DNA of 64,000 nt from a virus. Positions within the stretch are counted from its first letter, which is position 1. Every line of letters begins with the position of its first letter. The position numbers and the translations under genes were made by a program. A model generated the notes under the pieces. That model made no database searches. It was not told the DNA's origin and saw only the letters and a list, made by a program, of their open reading frames with translations. The stretch is taken from IMG/VR virus record IMGVR_UViG_3300038393_002515. One strand, given 5' to 3'. This document shows positions 41,857 through 50,669 of the stretch, piece after piece.

Positions 41857-42219
41857 GTGAAGGTCACCAAGCTCAACCGCTACCTCCTTCCGCCCGCCGC
41901 TGTCGCGGCCGCCGCGCTGCTCCTCAGCGCCTGCAGCGGCATGGAGGCCAAGCCGGACCGGATCGCCGCCGACGTGATGTGCCACGACTTCGTCAAGGAC
42001 AAGCTCAAGAGCCCCGGCACCGCGAAGTTCGCCGGGGTCACCGAGTACAAGTACAAGACCCTGCACGCCACCAAGCCGTACAAGTTCCGCATCACCTCCT
42101 GGGTCGACAGCCAGAACAGCTTCGGCGGCGTCGTGCGCAACCCCTACGTGTGCACCGTGTCCACCAAGGACGGCAAGAACTGGCACCTGGACGACCTGCA
42201 GTTCACCCACCCGAACTGA
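41857..42219 (+). CDS. lipoprotein (signal peptide paralogous to 41336 gene)
   Basis: MKVTKLNRY..LLSAC lipobox; GTG after TAGGGGGGAT. Confidence 0.65.
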   Translation: MKVTKLNRYLLPPAAVAAAALLLSACSGMEAKPDRIAADVMCHDFVKDKLKSPGTAKFAGVTEYKYKTLHATKPYKFRITSWVDSQNSFGGVVRNPYVCTVSTKDGKNWHLDDLQFTHPN

Positions 42220-42234
42220 CCAAGGAGACCTCTC

Positions 42235-42585
42235 ATGGGACTGAACTCCCGCAAGGCCCAGATCGTCATGGGCGCGCTGCCCATCGTGACCCTGAGCCTG
42301 TTCATCTTCTTCCCGTTCGTGTGGCGGGCGCTGAAGACCAGGAGGGCCAGCGACATCCGTCTGGCCGTCCTGTTCAGCGCGGCCGAGCTGGCGGGCCTGG
42401 TGGGCCTCTCGCTCTCGCCGACGACTCACAAGGACGGCCCGGACAACCTGATCGCCATGCTGATGTGGGTCGTGATCCTCGCCGCGACCGTCACGGCCGC
42501 CTACCTGTACCGTCCGCTCAGCAAGGACGAGCGGATGGACCAGGCCGCCCGTGACGCCCGGCCCGGCTCCTCCTACCTGAACTGA
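42235..42585 (+). CDS. integral membrane protein
   Basis: AAGGAG-N7-ATG; three hydrophobic helices. Confidence 0.6.
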   Translation: MGLNSRKAQIVMGALPIVTLSLFIFFPFVWRALKTRRASDIRLAVLFSAAELAGLVGLSLSPTTHKDGPDNLIAMLMWVVILAATVTAAYLYRPLSKDERMDQAARDARPGSSYLN

Positions 42586-42595
42586 CCCGCCCCGG

Positions 42596-42625
42596 CGGCC
42601 GCGCCCGACACAATGGGCGCGGCCG
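42596..42625 (+). terminator. intrinsic terminator
   Basis: 11-bp stem CGGCCGCGCCC / GGGCGCGGCCG, then TCCTCTTCC. Confidence 0.6.
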
Positions 42626-42650
42626 TCCTCTTCCCGCCTAGGAGAACCTC

Positions 42651-43268
42651 ATGCACAACCTGCTCAACATGTCCGTCATGGAGCGCCGGGGTGACTACTC
42701 GGAGCAGTTCGCGCTGACGGAGGAGGCCCCACGAGTCCTGGACCCCAAGGGGGGCGGGAAGTCCTTCCAGCCGGACATGATCAAGATCGTGTTCTTCTGC
42801 TGGGACGACACCGGGTGGAAGGTCAGCTTCGTCTTCCTGAGCGGCAAGCTGATCCTGACCGACGGCACGGTCGGCAAGAAGCGGCAGCAGCTCGACTACA
42901 ACGACCCGCTCGACCCGGATCACGTCGAGGAGGACCGGGCGCCGGAGTGGGTGCGCGAGATCGCCTCCGAGCGGCTGGCGCTCCTGCGCGGCGAGAGTGC
43001 ACCCGCCGCCGAGCGCGCCACCATGAGCGGGCCCGAGGCGTACTCGAAGGCGCTGGAGTGCTTCGCCGAGTCTGACAAGGTGACGCGGACGTACGAGGAG
43101 GAGGCGCCCGAGGCCGACCGGCTCATCCGGTTGGGCGCCGGGTACGCCGCCCTCGCCTCGGCCGCCGCGCAGGCCCTGGGTGCCACGGGGAAGCTCACGC
43201 CGGAGCAGTGCGAGGAGTGGCAGCACGTGGCCGGGGCGATCGGTGACCGGGAGACGGTCCATGACTGA
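42651..43268 (+). CDS. hypothetical protein
   Basis: CCCGCCTAGGAG-N6-ATG after terminator 42596-42625. Confidence 0.6.
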   Translation: MHNLLNMSVMERRGDYSEQFALTEEAPRVLDPKGGGKSFQPDMIKIVFFCWDDTGWKVSFVFLSGKLILTDGTVGKKRQQLDYNDPLDPDHVEEDRAPEWVREIASERLALLRGESAPAAERATMSGPEAYSKALECFAESDKVTRTYEEEAPEADRLIRLGAGYAALASAAAQALGATGKLTPEQCEEWQHVAGAIGDRETVHD

Positions 43269-43833
43269 CAAGCCCACCTGCGGAGCCATGGGCTTCCTGC
43301 GGGCGCAGGAGGTCTGGTGCACCCGGCGGCCGCACAAGCACCGCGACCACCAGAACGAGGCTGGCGACAGCTGGCCCAGCTACGAAGGGGAGAACGACGA
43401 GATGCTGGTCATCACCACCGACGACCTGCGCAGGCTGCTGGACGGGCCCAGCGAGAGGCCGGTGCTCTACGTGGCTCGTGACAGCACCACCGGCGAGCCG
43501 GTTCAGCTGGCCGTCTGGGACGACGCCTACGTCTCCGACGCCGACATCATCGTCCGTCAGCACGAGCTGGTCGACGCCCTCGGCGGCCCGAACCACCCCG
43601 ACGGCGTGACCCAGGACGCCCTGGAGCACCTGCTGGAGGGCTACCAGGCCACCGTCGACGAGATCGAGGAGGCCAGCGAGGTCCCCGACGACGCCTGTGT
43701 CGACGCCGACGACAACGTCCACCCCGAGCACGACTACCCGCCGGAGGGTCAGGGCAGCGAGTGCCGCCGGTGCGGCGCCGAGGCCGACGATTCCATGGAG
43801 CCGGACGGCGTCTACGACGGAGAAATCCGCTGA
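43261..43833 (+). CDS. hypothetical acidic protein
   Basis: ATG 43261 overlaps the upstream end by 8 nt; GGGAGACGGTCC upstream. Confidence 0.55.
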   Translation: MTDKPTCGAMGFLRAQEVWCTRRPHKHRDHQNEAGDSWPSYEGENDEMLVITTDDLRRLLDGPSERPVLYVARDSTTGEPVQLAVWDDAYVSDADIIVRQHELVDALGGPNHPDGVTQDALEHLLEGYQATVDEIEEASEVPDDACVDADDNVHPEHDYPPEGQGSECRRCGAEADDSMEPDGVYDGEIR

Positions 43834-43847
43834 TCGGATAGCACAAG

Positions 43848-43871
43848 GCCCGCCCCTTCGCTGGGGCGGGC
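43848..43871 (+). terminator. intrinsic terminator
   Basis: GCCCGCCCC-ttcgct-GGGGCGGGC, then TTTCGCGCTTTCC. Confidence 0.65.
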
Positions 43872-43892
43872 TTTCGCGCTTTCCGGGATCCG

Positions 43893-43922
43893 TAGACATG
43901 CATCTATGGATACGTTAGGGTG
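43893..43922 (+). promoter_or_regulatory. conserved promoter-operator element, copy 14
   Basis: TAGACA-TGCATCTATGGATACGT-TAGGGTG. Confidence 0.6.
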
Positions 43923-43952
43923 AGATTCACCGCCCAGGAGAAGGAGAGGCAC

Positions 43953-44381
43953 ATGCCCGCCGACGCACTGACCATGGACACTCCCCACTGGAGCCGAGAC
44001 GACGTCACCACGGTCCTCGTCGAAAAGCTCGGCTTCACGCCCGACCCCAACGCCCCCGGCGTCAACTTCCTCCGGGGCAAGAACCTCCGGCTGAGCATCG
44101 TGGACGGCTACGGCAAGGTCCAGCTGGCGCACGACAACCCGCTGTGGGCCGCGACCTTCACCTCGTCCGTGCCCGCGAGCATCATCCTCAAGGCGGTCCG
44201 CCAGGCCGCCACCGAGGACGACTACGTCTACTGCCGACACTGCGCCCTGCGGATCGCGAAGGTCCCGCAAGACAGGGTGAAGAGTGGGTCGAGCGAGGTC
44301 CACTGGTGGCACCCCGACACCGGCAAGGGTGCCTGCTCCGTCGGCGGCACCGTGGCCGAGCCCGCACCCGCAGAGGACTGA
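43953..44381 (+). CDS. hypothetical protein
   Basis: AGGAGAAGGAGAGG-N3-ATG behind promoter copy 14. Confidence 0.6.
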   Translation: MPADALTMDTPHWSRDDVTTVLVEKLGFTPDPNAPGVNFLRGKNLRLSIVDGYGKVQLAHDNPLWAATFTSSVPASIILKAVRQAATEDDYVYCRHCALRIAKVPQDRVKSGSSEVHWWHPDTGKGACSVGGTVAEPAPAED

Positions 44382-44406
44382 GTGACCAACTGGAGGCGAA
44401 GCGCTG

Positions 44407-44712
44407 ATGTTCATGGTGCCCATTCCCGAGGACTGGGATCCCGCCGAGCACGGCTGGCGCCCCGCCGACAGGAGGGTTGATCTGTCGGGCACCACGGAGT
44501 GGTTGCACCGATGGGCGCCGCCGGTACGGTTCCCCGCCTCGCTGACCATCTTCCGCAACCCGTTCACGGGCCAGCGGGTCGCCTGGTACGGACCGCTGGC
44601 CACCGAAGACGCGGAACAGATACGCCAGGGCGCGCTGCTTGCCGAGATCGGCATCACCTCGGCCGATTGGGGTCCGGAGGACCGCCAGCCGGAGATGGGC
44701 CGACAAAGATAG
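44407..44712 (+). CDS. hypothetical protein
   Basis: TGGAGG-N10-ATG. Confidence 0.55.
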   Translation: MFMVPIPEDWDPAEHGWRPADRRVDLSGTTEWLHRWAPPVRFPASLTIFRNPFTGQRVAWYGPLATEDAEQIRQGALLAEIGITSADWGPEDRQPEMGRQR

Positions 44713-44725
44713 TAACGAGTAAGCA

Positions 44726-44750
44726 AAAAACCGCATTTCCGTTGATCCGC
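44726..44750. repeat. 25-nt sequence matching (inverted) the int 3' end region
   Basis: AAAAACCGCATTTCCGTTGATCCGC against the reverse complement of 8418-8450 with one ATGCGGTT unit removed. I count 22 of 25 identical. Confidence 0.55.
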
Positions 44751-44775
44751 TGAAGCGGACTTCGGCAAGATAAGT

Positions 44776-44814
44776 GACGGCCGCCACCACTGACCGCCAT
44801 CAGCGGCGGCCGTC
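44776..44814 (+). terminator. terminator hairpin
   Basis: GACGGCCGCC / GGCGGCCGTC stem, then CCCGTTTACC. Confidence 0.5.
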
Positions 44815-44850
44815 CCCGTTTACCTCTTGACCCGCCACAGGAGGCCCCCA

Positions 44851-45129
44851 ATGTCACAGATGACCGCCACCGTCGGACCGTTGGTCCGCCTCGGCGGAAC
44901 GATCCGCCTGACCGCCCGGCGCAGCGACGGCTGCACCATCGAGATGGAGCTGACCCGGGGCAGGGAGCGCGGGCATGTCACCCACGCCGTGACCAGCGAG
45001 GACGGCCGCCTGGTGTCCGTGGCGGCTCGGTCGTGGCCGCTGACCGGCGCCGAGCCGAAGCTGGCCGCCGACGTCCGTGACGCCATCCAGATCGCCGAGA
45101 AAGGCCTCGCCGAGGCCTGCGCGCGCTAG
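44851..45129 (+). CDS. hypothetical protein
   Basis: CCCGCCACAGGAGG-N6-ATG 44851. Confidence 0.55.
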   Translation: MSQMTATVGPLVRLGGTIRLTARRSDGCTIEMELTRGRERGHVTHAVTSEDGRLVSVAARSWPLTGAEPKLAADVRDAIQIAEKGLAEACAR

Positions 45130-45185
45130 CCTCGAACTGCCCGCCAGGCACCCCTTCCGTTCCGACTCACCGCCAGGAGTCCCCC

Positions 45186-45557
45186 ATGGCCGCCAAGTCA
45201 TCGACCCGCAGGCTGACCGCCGCCGAGCGTCAGGCCCTGCTCCACGCCGACCCGGCCACCGGTCGGATCAACGCATCCGGCTTCAACTTCCGCGAGGAGT
45301 TGCGCCGCAAGGGCTACGCCGAGTCCTCGCATGGAACCCTGTATCTGACCGAGTACGGCTGGCGGCTGCACGCCCGGCTGAAGGAGGAGCACCGGGAGTT
45401 CGCCGTCGAGGGTGTGCCCTGGGTGAAGATCCAGGAGATCACCGACCTGTACCTGTTGACCGGGCTCGGCATCGGCGAGATCTCACGGCGCACCCGTGTG
45501 ACCGGAGAAGGGGTCAGGGCCGCGCTCGCCTTTCGCAAGGTCCTTCCCGCCGCCTGA
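45186..45557 (+). CDS. small DNA-binding protein (winged-helix-like N-half, HTH C-half); repressor/regulator candidate
   Basis: RRKGYAESSHGTLYLTEYG wing pattern, then ITDLYLLTGLGIGEISRRTRVTGEGVRAAL HTH. Ends 14 nt before promoter copy 15. Confidence 0.55.
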   Translation: MAAKSSTRRLTAAERQALLHADPATGRINASGFNFREELRRKGYAESSHGTLYLTEYGWRLHARLKEEHREFAVEGVPWVKIQEITDLYLLTGLGIGEISRRTRVTGEGVRAALAFRKVLPAA

Positions 45558-45570
45558 AAGGTGCCCTCGC

Positions 45571-45601
45571 CACCCCTCGCATCCATAGATGCGTTAGGGT
45601 G
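45571..45601 (+). promoter_or_regulatory. conserved promoter-operator element, copy 15 (no -35 hexamer)
   Basis: CACCCC-TCGCATCCATAGATGCGT-TAGGGTG. Confidence 0.5.
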
Positions 45602-45636
45602 AGAGTTGTTGTCTGAAGCCGCCCTGGGAGCCCGCC

Positions 45637-46227
45637 ATGAGGATGTCCGACCTGAAGCCGCTGGAGCTGTACGCCACCAAGGCCCCCTCCCGCGCTGTGA
45701 GCCGCCGCTCCACCGGTCCGGTGCTGCTGCTGTCCACCCGCCTGTGGGATCTCGTTCCCGGGCCTCAGGGAAGTTCCATCGCTCCTGCGCCCGAGGACGC
45801 CCCGAGGTCGGAGGTCCTGAGCAGTATGGGAGCCCGTCGTGGGCTGCTCGTCGTTCAGGCGGCCCCTCTCGGTCTCTACACCGGCGCCCTCGACGAGCAG
45901 GAGATCGCCTCCCAGTTGTCCGCCATCCCCAAGAAGGGTGCCCGGAAGCTGTCCCGTCTCGTGCGCCGGGACGCTCTCGACCGCGCCCTGGAAGAGTTCC
46001 GCCAGAGCCTGCCCGAGACGCTCATGATCAACGTGGTGCTCCTGCAGTCCGTCGTGGAGCCCTTGAGCAAGCCCGAGAAGTACCCGTGCCCCGCCTGCCC
46101 GAACGACGTCAGCCTCGACGCCGTCGGCCGTATCCGGGCCCACGAGGCAGCAGACGGCACGCGATGCCCCGCCACCCGCACGTACATGCCCAGCAAGGAG
46201 CGCAAGACCAACCTCCTCGCGCCCTGA
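45637..46227 (+). CDS. hypothetical protein
   Basis: GGGAG-CCCGCC-ATG behind promoter copy 15. Confidence 0.55.
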   Translation: MRMSDLKPLELYATKAPSRAVSRRSTGPVLLLSTRLWDLVPGPQGSSIAPAPEDAPRSEVLSSMGARRGLLVVQAAPLGLYTGALDEQEIASQLSAIPKKGARKLSRLVRRDALDRALEEFRQSLPETLMINVVLLQSVVEPLSKPEKYPCPACPNDVSLDAVGRIRAHEAADGTRCPATRTYMPSKERKTNLLAP

Positions 46228-46243
46228 CACCACCAGGAGAGCC

Positions 46244-46552
46244 ATGCTCAGAACCGCCCTTGACCGGATCACCGCCTCGTCGGTCACCATCGCCCTCAAG
46301 CGGGCCGGGCTGACCAAGGCCGAGAAGAACCCGGTCGCCCACAACGGCCAGCGCGCCACCATGACGTTCGGCTTCCGCACCATGCAGTACGCACCCACTG
46401 AGGTCCACGTGGTGCATTACGAGAACGACGTCGTCAAGCAGGCCCACGAACTGGGCCGCTGCGAGCAGGCCCTGATCCTCGCGGGCTACGCCGTCGAGAT
46501 GGCCGCCCCGCGCGACCGGCGCATGTACCTGAAGGTGACCCGATCCTCATGA
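46244..46552 (+). CDS. hypothetical protein
   Basis: CAGGAGAGCC-ATG. Confidence 0.55.
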   Translation: MLRTALDRITASSVTIALKRAGLTKAEKNPVAHNGQRATMTFGFRTMQYAPTEVHVVHYENDVVKQAHELGRCEQALILAGYAVEMAAPRDRRMYLKVTRSS

Positions 46553-46890
46553 CCGAGAAGCCCTACGCCCTGGTCCTGGCCTCGGAGCACAAGCAGGGCC
46601 TGCACGAGGACACCCCGCACAAGATGTGCAGGCAGTGCCACCCCGCAGAAGCCGAGCTTCTGGACGGACTGGAGGAGCGCCTGCCGAACGTTCACATCGA
46701 GGTGGACGCCCACGCCGTCAACGTCCGCTGGACCGACAAGGAACCCGACGGGGAGCACGTCTTCGCCACCCTGGAAGAGGCCAAGGCCCGTGCGATACGC
46801 ACGGCCATCACTGAACGGAACGCCTGGATGCAGTGCGTCCGCGACGCCCAGGCGCTGACCATGGACGACATCGCACCGTCCTGGGACTGA
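46549..46890 (+). CDS. hypothetical protein
   Basis: ATGA overlap at 46549. Confidence 0.55.
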   Translation: MTEKPYALVLASEHKQGLHEDTPHKMCRQCHPAEAELLDGLEERLPNVHIEVDAHAVNVRWTDKEPDGEHVFATLEEAKARAIRTAITERNAWMQCVRDAQALTMDDIAPSWD

Positions 46891-46976
46891 CCGGCCGGGC
46901 AGCCCGCCAGCTGTCCGGTCCCGTCACTTCTTTACAACTCCATCAGCAGTTCCTCGACCCGCCACGAAGGAACACC

Positions 46977-47429
46977 ATGACCGCCATCATGAACGGGCGG
47001 CGCGCTCTCGCAGGCGCCGACGCCTACCTGCGTCTGAACCACCGCACCCGTCACGCCGAGGTCGTCCACGGCTCCCAGGTCAACTTCGTCCTCACCCAGA
47101 TCCACCCGGACCGCGACGTGAAGCCGCAGAGGGGTGGAGGGTTCGTCGTCACCGCCGACGACTGGACCGTCATCCAGTACATCCCGCTCCACTACAGCCA
47201 GGACCTGCGCAAGCTGGCCGACCAGTACGAGCACCGGGCGGCGCCCGACGGCGGCAAGCCGCTCACGCAGAACGAGCCCATGAGCAGCAAGGGTCTGCAG
47301 ATGCTCATCCGGCGCGCGCCGGGCCGGTTCTACCTGACCCGGGTCGGCGAGATTGTCCACCTGGACGGCGGCCGGATTCGCAACCAGTTCAGGCCGTTGA
47401 CGGCCGCCGACATGGCCCCGGCCGCCTGA
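46977..47429 (+). CDS. hypothetical protein
   Basis: CCCGCCACGAAGGAACACC-ATG 46977. Confidence 0.55.
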   Translation: MTAIMNGRRALAGADAYLRLNHRTRHAEVVHGSQVNFVLTQIHPDRDVKPQRGGGFVVTADDWTVIQYIPLHYSQDLRKLADQYEHRAAPDGGKPLTQNEPMSSKGLQMLIRRAPGRFYLTRVGEIVHLDGGRIRNQFRPLTAADMAPAA

Positions 47430-47433
47430 GAGG

Positions 47434-47847
47434 ATGACCGGCATGACGAAGGGTGTGCCTCCCCATGAGGAGACGACAGGGAAGCTGACGGCGACGTACT
47501 TCGTGTACGTGTCTGTCGACGAAGAAGAGCAGATCCCGGAGGCCGCAAGGGGGCTGGAGGCACCACTGCGGCGCGCCGTCGAAGAGTCGTACCCCGGCCA
47601 GGGCGGGTGTGCGACGGTGCAGAAGGTGACCAGCATGACGCCTCCCCCGAAGTCTGGGTACACGGGGTGGACGGTCATGGTGACGGTGCTCATCGACCTG
47701 ACAGTGTGGCGTCGGGACCTGAGTCTGGTGGACGGCAGGTACGCGGCCATGACGGTGCGCGATCTCCTCGCCGACGCCGACCTGACGGCCAGCGTCGCCC
47801 GGCTCGACAAGGTGGAGACCAAGATGCTCGCGCACGCTCCGGCGTAG
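47434..47847 (+). CDS. hypothetical protein
   Basis: ATG 47434 abuts GAGAGG, so ATG 47443 has better SD spacing. Followed by hairpin 47859-47893. Confidence 0.5.
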   Translation: MTGMTKGVPPHEETTGKLTATYFVYVSVDEEEQIPEAARGLEAPLRRAVEESYPGQGGCATVQKVTSMTPPPKSGYTGWTVMVTVLIDLTVWRRDLSLVDGRYAAMTVRDLLADADLTASVARLDKVETKMLAHAPA

Positions 47848-47858
47848 TGTGAGATCGC

Positions 47859-47893
47859 GGAGCCCCGTCACCTTCCTGGAGTGGCGGGGCTTC
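47859..47893 (+). terminator. terminator hairpin closing the early + strand block
   Basis: GGAGCCCCGTCAC / GTGGCGGGGCTTC (with G-U pairs). Confidence 0.5.
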
Positions 47894-48048
47894 CGTCATG
47901 TCCCGCTCTGGCCTGCGAAAGTCACTGAGTGTCAGTTTTCTGCATATGCCTGGCCAAGGTGTTATGTGCGTGTAGAGTGAAGGCCACGCGGACCCGCCAG
48001 TCTGCAAGATCAAGTTTCTTCAATCTCCATCCCGCCAGGAGATCCTTC

Positions 48049-48321
48049 ATGCCTGCATCCACGTGCGCCATGCCCTCGAAGCCGCGCATCTCCGCCGAGA
48101 ACCTCAAGAAGCACGAGGTCGGCGACTACACGTTCACCCCGGAACTCGCGCGCGAGTGGCTCGGGCTGAGCCAGGCGGAACTGGACGAACTGGTGGAACG
48201 GTCGCAGCTGAACGCCTCGCGTGGACTGTTCGGCCCGCTGGTCCTGGTCAACGGGGGACAGAGCTTCACGATGGCCTCCGTGTTCTTCTGCCGCCGCCTG
48301 CTGGCAGCAACCCCTCACTGA
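48049..48321 (+). CDS. hypothetical protein (first gene after AT-rich 47.9-kb gap)
   Basis: CCCGCCAGGAG-N7-ATG 48049. Confidence 0.55.
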   Translation: MPASTCAMPSKPRISAENLKKHEVGDYTFTPELAREWLGLSQAELDELVERSQLNASRGLFGPLVLVNGGQSFTMASVFFCRRLLAATPH

Positions 48322-48347
48322 ACCTTCAGAAAGTAGGGCAACCCGCC

Positions 48348-48887
48348 ATGCCCCACCCTCACCTGTTCGCGGTCCGCGACAACCTGGGTCTCGCCGACAA
48401 GCAGGTCCACCGCATGGTCGCCATGGCCGCGATCGACGACATCACCACCCGGTCCCGGCCCCAGTGGCAGTGGACCCATCGCGACATGGCCCAGATGATG
48501 GGCGTGCCGCAGCCGTTCGTGTCCCTGGTCGGCAGTTACCTCGACTACCGGCGCAACCAGCGGAAAATCGGCACCGAGGTCGGCATTCGCCCCTTCAGGT
48601 CCACCTGCGCCCAGACGTTCCTCTACGAGGAGAAGGACCACCCGCTGGACATCCTGAACCTGGGCACCAGCGGGGACCAGACGGAGCAGATGGCTCAGCT
48701 GCTGATGGAGGCCACCTGCCGCAAGATCCGCGTCGAGCCGGACACCATGCACAAAATCGAGCGGATGCTGGGCCGCTTCTGCGGGATGTCCTGGGAAGTC
48801 ATCATCAACGCGGTCCAGCGCCAGCAGGCCGCCCGCAACAACGTCACCACCCTCACCACCACCGCCATGGGGGTCAAGGCAGCATGA
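48348..48887 (+). CDS. hypothetical protein with HTH-like segment
   Basis: CCCGCC-ATG 48348; WTHRDMAQMMGVPQPFVSLV is HTH-like. Confidence 0.5.
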   Translation: MPHPHLFAVRDNLGLADKQVHRMVAMAAIDDITTRSRPQWQWTHRDMAQMMGVPQPFVSLVGSYLDYRRNQRKIGTEVGIRPFRSTCAQTFLYEEKDHPLDILNLGTSGDQTEQMAQLLMEATCRKIRVEPDTMHKIERMLGRFCGMSWEVIINAVQRQQAARNNVTTLTTTAMGVKAA

Positions 48888-49456
48888 ACGACATCACCGC
48901 CGAGCGCACCGGCACCACCGTCACCCTCGTCTACTGGCCCGGGTGGAGCGAGGAGCTCGCCAAGCGCTCCTTCCACGGGCTGACCGACGACGACGTCGTC
49001 TTCATCGTCAGCGGCCTCGCCGGACGCCGGTACGAGACTCCCGCGCTCCACGCCGCCGACATGCGGCAGCTCAAGGCCTCGCGGGAGGCGCAGATGCGCT
49101 GGTACGCCGACCGGATGCTGGAGGCCCTGTACGACGGGATGGGGCGCTGGTTCAAGTGGGTGCCGCTTCGCGTGCGCCGGAACACCGTCCAGCTGCTCAT
49201 GGACTACCTGCGGGACATCACCGCCGTCTGGACCAACGAGTTGGTCGCCGTGCACGCCGAGGTCGCCCGCACGCATGAGCAGGCCCGCGTGCTGCGCCCG
49301 GCTCCGGCTCCCGAGCCCCTTGTTTCCTGCCGCTGCTGCTCGGCCACCTTCGAGCGCGCCGACTTCCTGCCCGAGGGCTGGACGGCGGACGACGACGCTT
49401 TCCCGCGCTGCCCCAAGCACCGGGTCGTCACGCTGGTGAAGGACCGGGTGGGATGA
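48884..49456 (+). CDS. hypothetical protein
   Basis: ATGA overlap at 48884, in frame with ORF 48221..49456. Confidence 0.55.
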   Translation: MNDITAERTGTTVTLVYWPGWSEELAKRSFHGLTDDDVVFIVSGLAGRRYETPALHAADMRQLKASREAQMRWYADRMLEALYDGMGRWFKWVPLRVRRNTVQLLMDYLRDITAVWTNELVAVHAEVARTHEQARVLRPAPAPEPLVSCRCCSATFERADFLPEGWTADDDAFPRCPKHRVVTLVKDRVG

Positions 49457-49629
49457 GGTTCTTCGTCGGAGTGATTGTCGGCGCCATCGGCGCCGCCGTT
49501 GCCCACCACACTGACCAGACCGCGACGGTCGTCTACCTCGTCGGCTTCGGGTTGTGCATCGCCGTGTGGTGCCGTCTGTTCGACCTCGGGTGGGACCTGC
49601 TCTGCGCGGCGCTGGGGTGGGACGACTGA
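49453..49629 (+). CDS. small membrane protein (58 aa)
   Basis: ATGA overlap at 49453; hand translation MRFFVGVIVGAIGAAVAHH...LVGFGLCIAVWC has two hydrophobic helices. Confidence 0.5.
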   Translation: MRFFVGVIVGAIGAAVAHHTDQTATVVYLVGFGLCIAVWCRLFDLGWDLLCAALGWDD

Positions 49630-49784
49630 TGCGCGCTGTCATCGGCGCGGCCGCCGGTATCGCCACTGGCGCCACCGTCTGGTTCGTCAAGGACTCCGGT
49701 GCGGGCATCTGCGCCGGGGCCCTTGTCGGTATCACCATATGGTTCTGGGCCTGGGGGCCGGTTCTGGGCGGCCGTCGTGGCTAA
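49629..49784 (+). CDS. small membrane protein (51 aa)
   Basis: ATG 49629 shares one nt with the upstream TGA; Gly/Ala-rich helices. Confidence 0.45.
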   Translation: MRAVIGAAAGIATGATVWFVKDSGAGICAGALVGITIWFWAWGPVLGGRRG

Positions 49785-49971
49785 GGCGATCGACAAGGTG
49801 TGCTCGCGCTGCGGTGTCGTCCACTTCAGCGTGGAGACCGAGGCCGATGGCGACCTGGTGCACTTCCAGCTCGTGGTGACGAAGTGGCCCTGCACGGCCC
49901 CTGCTGTTCCCGAGCGCCCCCGGCTGGCCGACATGGTGGCCACGGCGCTCGTGAGTGAAACGGCGGCGTAG
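49777..49971 (+). CDS. hypothetical small protein
   Basis: GTG 49777, in frame with ORF 49699..49971; CSRCG motif. Confidence 0.4.
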   Translation: MAKAIDKVCSRCGVVHFSVETEADGDLVHFQLVVTKWPCTAPAVPERPRLADMVATALVSETAA

Positions 49972-50026
49972 TAGCTGTCGCGTCGCCGGTCGGCGGCCCC
50001 ATGGGGTGGAGAAAGGGGACCACCAC

Positions 50027-50575
50027 ATGCTCGCCGACTGGCAGATCAAGAACGCCCTCTACACCGAGGGCCACCTGGACATCTCTCCGTTCGACCCGGA
50101 GCGGGTACAGCCCGCCTCCGTGGACCTGCTGCTCGACCAGTACGTGCGCACGCTGAACGACCCGGAGACGGGAGAGATCGACGTCGCGGACGTGAAGGAA
50201 GGGCACACCACGCTCGCCGAGATCAGTGAAGGAGGCTGGCTGATGCAGCCCGGCGACTTCCTTCTCGGCAGCACGGTCGAGCGGGTGACTCTCCCGAACG
50301 GGCTCGCGGCGAGAGTCGAAGGCAAGAGTTCCCTGGGCCGGTTGGGCCTGACCGTGCACGTGACGGCGGGCTTCATCGACCCGGGGTTCAGCGGGCAGAT
50401 CACGCTGGAGATCGCCAACCTGTCCGGCAAGCCGATCCGGCTCCGGCGGCTGATGCCGATCGCCCAGCTGTGTCTCATCCCGATGCAGGCCGTCCCCACG
50501 AGGCCGTACGGGATCGCGGGCAACCACTACCAGAACCAGTTCGGCCCCACCGAATCTCGCTACGAAATGCGCTGA
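50027..50575 (+). CDS. dcd: dCTP deaminase (possibly bifunctional dCTP deaminase/dUTPase type)
   Basis: ARVEGKSSLGRLGL and TAGFIDPGFSGQITLE catalytic blocks, C-terminal YQNQ tail; AGAAAGGGGA-N7-ATG. Confidence 0.85.
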   Translation: MLADWQIKNALYTEGHLDISPFDPERVQPASVDLLLDQYVRTLNDPETGEIDVADVKEGHTTLAEISEGGWLMQPGDFLLGSTVERVTLPNGLAARVEGKSSLGRLGLTVHVTAGFIDPGFSGQITLEIANLSGKPIRLRRLMPIAQLCLIPMQAVPTRPYGIAGNHYQNQFGPTESRYEMR

Positions 50576-50669
50576 TCTTTGCGTTTCGTCGCCGGATTTC
50601 TCCGGTCTGGCAGTGGTTGTCAGTGGCCGCCACCACAATGCAAACACCCGCCAACTGAAGGAGAACACC

